A stretch of DNA of 64,000 bases. It comes from an uncultured delta proteobacterium. GTDB taxonomy: Bacteria > Myxococcota_A > Polyangia > Polyangiales > B10-G4. The notes beneath the pieces were generated by a model that saw only the letters and a program-made list of their open reading frames with translations, had not been told where the DNA came from and ran no database searches. The stretch is from contig CAVSGI010000009.1 of assembly GCA_963727445.1 (NCBI GenBank), positions 1 to 64,000 of the forward strand, in the 5' to 3' direction. This document shows, one piece after another, positions 31,512 to 38,233 of the stretch; within the stretch, counting starts at the first letter, position 1, and every line of letters starts with the position of its first letter. The position numbers and the translations under genes are program-made.

Positions 31512-31605
31512 GGGGACGCTAGGTTGACAATTGACTTTCGCCCTCGCGGCGCCCGCGATCCGCGGAGGCGCACCGGCGAAAGTCAATTGTCAACCTAGCG
31601 TCCCC
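31512..31605. repeat. Second complete copy of the 94-bp palindromic element
   Basis: GGGGACGCTAGGTTGACAATTGACTTTCGC..GCGAAAGTCAATTGTCAACCTAGCGTCCCC; compensatory A-T to G-C change relative to the copy at 30229. Confidence 0.92.
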
Positions 31606-31809
31606 GAAGAGGGCGGCGCTCGGGTGGGTCGTCCCCGACACGAGACCTCGCGCAGCGGGGGAGGGCGCCGAGGTGGGAAGGTCGGTCGGTCCCACTCCCG
31701 ATGGGAGCGGGCGCTTCGCGACGTTCGCGCATCGGCGCGCGCCCAGGCCGGGCGTGTCTCGTGCTTCGCCCACCCGCGCGCGCTTGCACGCGCGAGCGAA
31801 CGAAAGGGA

Positions 31810-32055
31810 CGGTGAACACCTCCGCGCCTGTGTGATTCGGCTTTTGGACCGAACTAGCGTGATGGTTTTTCAGACCATCTGTTCACCGCTTAGGACCGTT
31901 ATGGTTACGGCCTCCTGCGTAACGGGCAGGTGGTGTTGTCAAGACTGACGCTCTACCAAGCTGAGCTACGCGCCCGCATGGGTGGGCGCGGTGGGATTCG
32001 AACCCACGACATTCAGTTTCCGACAGGTCACTCCGCTGGCGGAACACGTCCACCG
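31810..32055 (-). ncRNA. Circularly permuted tRNA-like RNA (YrlA/Y-RNA-like core 31937-32025) with 3' multi-hairpin extension
   Basis: Order is T-arm, loop-closed acceptor stem, D-arm; closed by TGTCGGAAACTGA/TCAGTCTTGACA; outer helix CGGTGGAC/GTTCACCG. Confidence 0.8.
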
Positions 32056-32124
32056 GATACACGACGAAGACGAAGCCCATCGTGCACGGCGACGCACCGG
32101 CATGATGCCTCTTGCCAGGCGATG

Positions 32125-32202
32125 TGGTGCAAACGGGAGGATTCGAACCTCCACTGAGCCGGGTCTGAGCCGACCGCCTCTGCCGAGTTGGGCTACGTTT
32201 GC
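32125..32202 (-). tRNA. tRNA-Leu(CAG), short variable loop
   Basis: GCAAACG/CGTTTGC acceptor, GTCGG-CTCAGAC-CCGGC, GGTTCGAATCC, ACCA. Confidence 0.85.
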
Positions 32203-33498
32203 GAAATTCGGATGGACGGTACCGACGCGCGATCGACGGAGCGCCGTGCGCCGGGGAGCGTCGTGAGCGCGCCGCTCTCCGGAGCGTCGAGGGCGGAGAG
32301 GAGCGCGTTCAGCGCCACCATGGTCCGCATGAGGAAGGGCATGAAGTAGGGCAGCTTGAATCGCTCCATCAAGAGCTGCTTCTTCATGGTGCCGGCCGCG
32401 TCCACAATCTCGCGTACGCGCTCCGAGCCGATCGCTTCGCCCCGAATCACCCCGCCGATGGCGATCCACTGCACCTCGGCGATCGCCTCGGCCGCGCGCC
32501 GATTGCCGATCTCGAGCGCGGCGTCCACGGCGCGGACGAAGCGCTCGCGGTCCGACGCGAGCGCGGCATCCCGCAAGTCGCCGAACGCCTCTCGCTGAGC
32601 GTCGTCGAAACGAAAGACGCTCCCGAAGTCGAGCACGCCTACCGTGCCGTCCTCCCGAAAGAAGAAGTTGCCGGCGTGGGCGTCAGCGTAGAGCACGCCG
32701 TGGTCGGCCAACGCCGACAGGACGACCCGGCGCACGGCGGCGGCCTGATTTCGCCGCACGTCCGCGTCGAAGGCCCGCGCGTGATCGACGGTCACCCCGT
32801 CCAGGAAGGTCGTCGACAAGACGCGGGCGCTCGAGACGTCGAGGGCGACCGCGGGGATCTCCAGATCCGGATCGCCCTCGATGAGCGCGGCGAAGGTCGC
32901 CATGTTGTCGGCTTCGCGCTCGTAATCGAGCTCGGCCAGAAAGCCCGACTGGATTCGGCCGATGAAGTCGCCGCTCTGTCCGCGCGGCATGAAGAACGCG
33001 GTGGCGACCTTCCCGATCGAGCCGACGTTCTCCATGTCGTGCTCGAAGGCTTCGCGAATGCCCGGGTGCTGCACCTTCACCGCGAGGTGTCGTCCGTCGT
33101 GGTGCTCGGCGTCGTGGACCTGACCGAGCGAGGCGCTGGCAAAGGGCTGGCGGTCGAAACGCGCGAAGACCTCTTCGGGCGGTGCGCCCGAGATCCTCCT
33201 CCACGAGCGCGGCGATCGCGTCGTAAGGGGAGCGCGCCGCCTGGGCGCGGAGTCTGGCGAGGGCGGGTCCGACCTGCTGTTGGACCTCAGGGGGGAGATT
33301 CGCCTCGAGGAGGCCAGCCATCTGACCGACCTTGGTGCCGAGGCCGCGGAGCTCGCCGAGGCGATCGACCGCGCTCTCGAGGCCCTTGCCCGAGCCGGCG
33401 ACCATCGAGGCCGCCGTCCCGACGCCCGCGCGCGCCATCGAGGCGAGGCGCCCGAGACGACCGGTCTTCAGCTTCTTGGAATCCCCGCCGTCCCCCAT
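32193..33498 (-). CDS. ABC1/AarF/UbiB atypical kinase; apparent frameshift ~33185
   Basis: KVGQM, AVKVQHPGI, ELDY.REA, ADAHAGNF, LDFG. Confidence 0.85.
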
Positions 33499-33564
33499 GA
33501 CCGAAGGATTGTGCCAATCGGCGGCCGAGGGAAGTGGGAGCCGACGCGTCGGCTACGCCACGAT

Positions 33565-33642
33565 TGGAGCCCCTGGGGGGAATCGAACCCTCCATTTCCG
33601 GTTTGAGAGACCGGCGTCCTCACCTGATTAGACGACAGAGAC
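33565..33642 (-). tRNA. tRNA-Glu(CTC)
   Basis: CCGGT-CTCTCAA-ACCGG arm, GTCGTCTAA D-arm start, GGTTCGATTCC, CCA; U discriminator. Confidence 0.85.
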
Positions 33643-33688
33643 AGGAAGCGCCACGACCCGATACTGCTGGGCAGGGCGCAGACGAAAC

Positions 33689-33758
33689 GGAGCGGTTGGG
33701 GGGAGTCGAACCCCCTTCGCGAAGATGGCCACCTCGTTACTCACCAGCGAGCAACCGC
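33689..33758 (-). tRNA. Atypical tRNA-Gly(GCC)
   Basis: GCGGTTG/CAACCGC-T acceptor, CGAGG-TGGCCAT-CTTCG, GGGGGTTCGACTCCCCC; shortened D region. Confidence 0.7.
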
Positions 33759-33761
33759 ATG

Positions 33762-33835
33762 TGCCGGCCTGCTCAGGTGCCTAATCCGAGCTTCCGGCAG
33801 TGAGCGCGAGCTTTAGGAGGGAGCTCTCACTCACC
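33762..33835 (-). ncRNA. Two adjacent stable hairpins in the tRNA-array spacer
   Basis: Long stem with loop CCCTCCTAA; second stem with loop ATTAGGCAC. Confidence 0.55.
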
Positions 33836-33958
33836 GAAATCTGTCTGGCTGCCGGGATGCACTCCCGGCTCCGCGCTGCTGCGCTCCCGATCCCGCTGAC
33901 GCCGCTGCGCGGCTTTCGCGGGCTCGTACGCTCCGCAGCGCTCCGCCTTCTCCTAGAC

Positions 33959-34029
33959 TGGCACGCCGCCGAGGAGTCGCACCTCGTCCCACGGGTTTGG
34001 AATCCGATCGGCTCTCCAGCCTGCGACGT
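33959..34029 (-). tRNA. Degenerate tRNA-Trp(CCA)-like
   Basis: ACGTCGC/GCGGCGT-G-CCA acceptor, loop TTCCAAA, T-loop TGCGACT, minimal D-arm. Confidence 0.65.
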
Positions 34030-34040
34030 ATGGAGGAAGA

Positions 34041-34129
34041 CGGAGGAAGACGGAGGAATCGAACCCCACACCCAGAGGTGCGCACTGTTTTCGAGACAGG
34101 CCTGACCGCCAGAGATCAGTTCGTCTTCC
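34041..34129 (-). tRNA. tRNA-Ser(CGA), atypical
   Basis: GGAAGAC/GTCTTCC acceptor, loop CTCGAAA, long variable arm, GGTTCGATTCC. Confidence 0.8.
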
Positions 34130-34133
34130 GAGA

Positions 34134-34209
34134 TGGCGCCTTTGGCAGGACTCGAACCTGCAACCTCTCGCTCCGCAAGCGAACGCTCCTCCAGTCGAGC
34201 TGCAAAGGC
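34134..34209 (-). tRNA. tRNA-Arg(GCG)
   Basis: GCCTTTG/CAAAGGC-G-CCA, TTCGC-TTGCGGA-GCGAG, GGTTCGAGTCC. Confidence 0.85.
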
Positions 34210-34212
34210 GGA

Positions 34213-34286
34213 TGGCGCCGCGTACGGGAATCGAACCCGTCTCGCCCGGGAGACAACCGGATCGCATCCCAGATGCGCAACGCGGC
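34213..34286 (-). tRNA. tRNA-Asp(GTC)
   Basis: GCCGCGT/ACGCGGC-G-CCA, loop TTGTCTC, GGTTCGATTCC; unusual D-arm. Confidence 0.8.
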
Positions 34287-34337
34287 TCGGACAGTGAGTC
34301 GACCGTCTCGCCCCGTCAGAGACGAGCCGGTCGTTAC

Positions 34338-34856
34338 TCAAACCATTTCACTGTTCCAGAAGAGCCAGCTCTTCCACGTCTGCGGGACGTCGGTGAGACG
34401 CACGTGGAAAGCCTCCATGGGAAGCCAGGTCGGCTTCGTCGGACGGCTCTTCAGGACCAGGCGCGCCTCCTTCGGAGTCTTCGCGCCCTTGTCGTGGTTG
34501 CACGGACCGCAAGCGGTCACGACGTTGTCCCACGTGGTCTTGCCGCCCCGCGAGCGCGGGATGACGTGGTCCATGGTCAGCTTCTTCGCCGGCAGCGTAT
34601 CGCCGCAGTACTGGCAGGTGAACTCGTCACGCACCATCACGTTGAAGCGCGAGAAGCGGATCGCCTGCTTGCGGCGGCTGATGCGGCGCACCAGGCGCAC
34701 GACAGCCGGCATGCGGATCGTGAGGCTCACCGAGCGGATCTCCTCGTCGTACTCCTCGACGACCTCGACCTTGCCCCCGAAGAGCATGGTGACGGCCTTC
34801 TGCCAGCTGACGATGCGGTGTGGTTGGTAGCCTTGGTCCAGTACAAGTGTACGCAT
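34338..34856 (-). CDS. HNH endonuclease
   Basis: RD.FTCQYCG, TMDHVIPRSRGG, WDNVVTACGPCN..K; AAGGAAG RBS. Confidence 0.93.
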   Translation of the reverse strand: MRTLVLDQGYQPHRIVSWQKAVTMLFGGKVEVVEEYDEEIRSVSLTIRMPAVVRLVRRISRRKQAIRFSRFNVMVRDEFTCQYCGDTLPAKKLTMDHVIPRSRGGKTTWDNVVTACGPCNHDKGAKTPKEARLVLKSRPTKPTWLPMEAFHVRLTDVPQTWKSWLFWNSEMV

Positions 34857-34999
34857 GGCTGCTTCCTTACCTGCGCGACCTCGCAGAGGAGACGCGCCAT
34901 GGCTGTTGATGGATGTGGGTTTGGGTTGGTTAAGTATGGGTCCGCCGTCTGAAGACGCACGAACGGCCGAGAAAAGTCTGTGTGAATCACTTCTGGAGA

Positions 35000-35076
35000 T
35001 GGTCTGCGTAGAGGGATTTGAACCCCCGGCCTCTCGGACCCGAACCGAGCGCTCTTCCAAGCTGAGCTACACGCAG
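35000..35076 (-). tRNA. tRNA-Pro(CGG)
   Basis: CTGCGTG/TACGCAG-A-CCA, CTCGG-TTCGGGT-CCGAG, GGTTCAAATCC. Confidence 0.92.
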
Positions 35077-35198
35077 GTGTGGGAAGCTGATCCGGCTCGT
35101 GGGCAACCCTCCGGTCGCTGCTGCGGCTTCGTGTCGCCTGGCGGCGCCACTGCGCTTCCGCCGCGCCCTGCGGGTTGCCCCCGAGCACTCCCGTAGAG

Positions 35199-35272
35199 TG
35201 GTGGACACGGTGGGACTCGAACCCACGTCTCCTGCTTACATGCAGGCGCTCTCCCAGTTGAGCTACGCACCC
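35199..35272 (-). tRNA. tRNA with Ala-type body (G3:U70) and aberrant 6-nt anticodon loop
   Basis: GGGTGCG/CGTGTCC-A-CCA, TAGCTCAACTGGGAGAGC, CCTGC-ATGTAA-GCAGG. Confidence 0.75.
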
Positions 35273-35348
35273 CCGCAGGCGGATGACGATCACCCGCCTG
35301 CTTCTTGCGGCATCGGCCCTGCCCGCCACGGCCCCGACCGATGCCTGA

Positions 35349-35358
35349 TTGTCAAAGA
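35349..35358 (-). promoter_or_regulatory. boxA-like antitermination motif
   Basis: TCTTTGACAA about 77 nt before the first tRNA. Confidence 0.55.
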
Positions 35359-35422
35359 CTCCTCCGCTTCTCCGGTGAGAAGACAGACCGCCACTTCGCG
35401 CACGCGCTCGCGTGACGGAACG

Positions 35423-35454
35423 AAAAAGGCCACCGCGGAATGTCCGTGGTGGCC
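35423..35454 (-). terminator. Attenuator-type intrinsic terminator in the operon leader
   Basis: GGCCACCACGGA-CAT-TCCGCGGTGGCC-TTTTT. Confidence 0.85.
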
Positions 35455-35477
35455 CCGGGTGCAGCTCTCCCCGAGAG

Positions 35478-35573
35478 CTACGTGAGGGTGCCCCTCCACG
35501 GACGAAGCAGGGCATCGCAACCGCGACCGAAAGGTCGCGCCAGATGAGATTCATTGCTCGTCCAGTACTTCAT
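35478..35573 (-). CDS. Putative 31-aa leader peptide MKYWTSNESHLARPFGRGCDALLRPWRGTLT
   Basis: ATG to TAG ORF between promoter and terminator; overlaps the antiterminator strand. Confidence 0.65.
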   Translation of the reverse strand: MKYWTSNESHLARPFGRGCDALLRPWRGTLT

Positions 35574-35582
35574 CGTTCCGCC

Positions 35583-35610
35583 CAGATAAGTCGCGCCTCG
35601 CGCATGTCAA
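35583..35610 (-). promoter_or_regulatory. Putative sigma70-type promoter of the RNA operon
   Basis: Perfect TTGACA (35610-35605), 16-bp spacer, weak -10 TATCTG. Confidence 0.55.
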
Positions 35611-35686
35611 CCGCCTTTGTCGTCTCGCGACGCCCGCCCGGTTGCTTACCGCGGGCGGCAGCGTATGGTCCGGCCACGGAGCTCCC

Positions 35687-36934
35687 TTGAAGACGATCCG
35701 AAAGCGCCGCGTGGTGATCACCGGGATCGGGATGGCGTCGCCCATCGGGCACGACCTCGACACGGTCAGCGATGCGCTGCGCCACGACCGCCACGGCATC
35801 CGCCACGTCTCCGAGTTCGAACGCATCGGCGAGCTGCAGACCCGACTCGCCGGCGTGGTCGACGACGTCGATCTCTCTCGGCGCTGGCCACGGCAGCGCA
35901 CGCGCTCGATGGGTCGCGTCGCGCTTCTCGCCGCGCACGCCACCGACGCTGCCCTCGAGGACGCCGGCATCGACGAAGAACGCCGCAGCGCGCCCGACGT
36001 CGGCCTCGCCTACGGCTCCACCCACGGCTCCTCGGTCGAGCTCGAGCGCTTCTGCCGCAAGGTGTTCGGCAACGACAGCCTCGAAGGGATCTCGTCCAGC
36101 TCCTATCTCCGGTTCATGAGCCACACCACCACCGCGAACCTCGCCGGCCTCTACGGCATTCGCGGGCGCGTCATCTCCACCTGCGCGGCCTGTGTGTCGG
36201 CGAGCCAGGCGGTCGGCGCCGGATACGAAGCCATCAGCGTCGGCGCACAGAAGGTGATGATCTGCGGCGGCTCCGAAGAGCTGCACTGGGTCCCGGCCGG
36301 CGTCTTCGACATCCTCTTCGCCACCAGTCATCGCTACAACGATCGTCCCCATCTCAGCCCGCGCCCCTTCGACGTGGCTCGCGACGGACTGGTGATCGCC
36401 GAAGGCGCCGGCACCGTCGTCCTCGAAGAGCTCGAGCACGCCAAGAAGCGCGGCGCGCACATCCATGCCGAGGTCCTGGGCTACGGTACGAACTGCGACG
36501 GCTCTCACCTCACCGCGCCGTCCGCCGAAGGCATGTCCGACGCGATGCGTCTCGCGCTACGGGACGCGGGTCTCGTAGCGAGCGACATTCAATACGTGAA
36601 CGCGCACGCGACCGCCACGCAGGTGGGCGACGTGAGCGAGAGCCACGCGACGCGGGCGGTGCTCGGCGAGAAGGTGCCGATCTCCTCGACGAAGGGATTC
36701 ACCGGCCATACACTCGGTGCCTGTGGAACGATCGAAGTCGCGCTCTGCATCGCGATGATGAGAGACGGTTTCCTCGCTCCCACGCGCAACCTCCGCGAGC
36801 TCGATCCCGAGTGTGCCTACCTCGACTACATCACCGATGAGCCGAGATACGAGACGGTCGATCGCATGATGAGCAACAACTTCGCCTTCGGCGGCATCAA
36901 CACCTCGCTGATCCTCGGCCGGTGCTCCGAATGA
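35687..36934 (+). CDS. Beta-ketoacyl-ACP synthase (aryl-polyene cluster type)
   Basis: VVITGIG, AAC, NAHATAT, GHTLGA, NNFAFGG. Confidence 0.9.
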   Translation: MKTIRKRRVVITGIGMASPIGHDLDTVSDALRHDRHGIRHVSEFERIGELQTRLAGVVDDVDLSRRWPRQRTRSMGRVALLAAHATDAALEDAGIDEERRSAPDVGLAYGSTHGSSVELERFCRKVFGNDSLEGISSSSYLRFMSHTTTANLAGLYGIRGRVISTCAACVSASQAVGAGYEAISVGAQKVMICGGSEELHWVPAGVFDILFATSHRYNDRPHLSPRPFDVARDGLVIAEGAGTVVLEELEHAKKRGAHIHAEVLGYGTNCDGSHLTAPSAEGMSDAMRLALRDAGLVASDIQYVNAHATATQVGDVSESHATRAVLGEKVPISSTKGFTGHTLGACGTIEVALCIAMMRDGFLAPTRNLRELDPECAYLDYITDEPRYETVDRMMSNNFAFGGINTSLILGRCSE

Positions 36935-38172
36935 CCGAGGAGCGCCTCGACGTCGTGGTCCTCGGCGCGGGCCCCGCCGGCAGCACCTGTGCGCACCTCC
37001 TCGCGAAAGGCGGGGCGAAGGTCCGTGTGCTCGAAAAGGAGAGGTTCCCCCGCTTTCACGTGGGCGAGTCGCTTCTGCCCTGCGAGAACGCCATCTTCGA
37101 GCGGCTCGGCTTCGACATCGGGGGAGGTGATTACCTCTACAAGGCGGGCGCGGAGTTCATCGACGAGCGCACAGACGACATCGCCGACTATCCCTTCGCC
37201 GGCGGGCTCCCCGGAACGCCCTCCCACGCCTACCATGTCGAGCGCGCGCGATTCGATCACGAGCTCGCCCAGCTCGCGGCAAACGCGGGCGCCGAGATCC
37301 GTTTTGGCGTCAAGGTGCGGAACGTCGATGTTTCTGCCGACGAAGTGACCATCTCGGCCGAAGACGGGGAGCACCGCGCGCGCTTCGTGATCGACGCGAC
37401 CGGGCAGGACGCGTTCCTCGCCCGCCGCCGCAAGTCGATCCGTCCCATCAAGGACTTCGGCGTGGTGGCCGCGTTCGCACAATTTTCGGAGCTCTCACCC
37501 GAGTCGGTCGCCGAGCTGACCGAGACCGGCAACATCAAGATCCTGATCCACGACGACGGGTGGGCTTGGCTCATCCCCCTCACCGGTGGCCGCTTGAGCT
37601 TCGGCGTGGTCTCGCGCCGCGGCGGTCTGGGCACCGGCATGATCGACGCGGTGCAGTCGAAGTCGAAGCTCATCGCGCGCCTGACCCGCGGGGCGAAGCG
37701 CGCCGACCCGCAGCTCGTCCGCCACTTCGGCTACGTCAACGCCGAGCCCTACGGCGCGCGTTACGCGTGCATCGGGGATTCGGCGGCCTTCCTCGACCCC
37801 GTCTTCAGCTCCGGCATCTTCCTCGGGATGAAGAGCGCCGAGATGGCGGCGGACATTCTCGGACCCGCCCTCTCGGACGGGACCGAGGCGCGGCCGGATC
37901 TCCTCGATCCGGTGAAAGCGAAGATGCGCGAGGCCTACGTCGCCTTTGGGTCGCTGATCCGCAGCTTCTACTCGACCAATCTGGTCAAGCACTTCTTCTT
38001 CCACCCGGACCCGGAGCCCGAGCTCCGGGCGGGCCTCACCAGCATCCTCGCCGGCGACGTCTTCCGGGAAGACAACAAGTTCCAGAATTCGATCACCAAA
38101 GGCCGTCGCCTTTGGACGCCGGAATCCGTGGCCCAGGAGGAGCTCGGAGCGCGCTCGCCCCGCGGGCGTTGA
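36931..38172 (+). CDS. Flavin-dependent halogenase-like protein
   Basis: GAGPAG, FPRFHVGESL, WAWLIP (WxWxIP), GDSAAFLDPVFSSG. Confidence 0.85.
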   Translation: MTEERLDVVVLGAGPAGSTCAHLLAKGGAKVRVLEKERFPRFHVGESLLPCENAIFERLGFDIGGGDYLYKAGAEFIDERTDDIADYPFAGGLPGTPSHAYHVERARFDHELAQLAANAGAEIRFGVKVRNVDVSADEVTISAEDGEHRARFVIDATGQDAFLARRRKSIRPIKDFGVVAAFAQFSELSPESVAELTETGNIKILIHDDGWAWLIPLTGGRLSFGVVSRRGGLGTGMIDAVQSKSKLIARLTRGAKRADPQLVRHFGYVNAEPYGARYACIGDSAAFLDPVFSSGIFLGMKSAEMAADILGPALSDGTEARPDLLDPVKAKMREAYVAFGSLIRSFYSTNLVKHFFFHPDPEPELRAGLTSILAGDVFREDNKFQNSITKGRRLWTPESVAQEELGARSPRGR

Positions 38173-38233
38173 AGATTCGGGCTCGTAGGGCGGTCGTAGA
38201 CGCGTGTCTGCTTTCGGATTAACGTCACCCGCC

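Noticed and set aside
31610..31790. Long imperfect stem-loops here and at 35087-35192 as named ncRNAs (e.g. GOLLD/ROOL)
   Set aside because: GC-rich inverted repeats with no recognisable family motifs; may be genomic repeats
31937..32025. Permuted or split tRNA that matures into a decoding tRNA
   Set aside because: No anticodon loop is encoded at either end; topology fits a Y-RNA-like module better
33923..33929. GTACGAG as a sarcin-ricin loop mimic
   Set aside because: Only 7 nt match and the flanking SRL helix context is absent
34338..34856. HNH as an RNA-guided nuclease (IscB/Cas9-like)
   Set aside because: Only 172 aa, no RuvC motifs, no repeat-spacer or guide evidence
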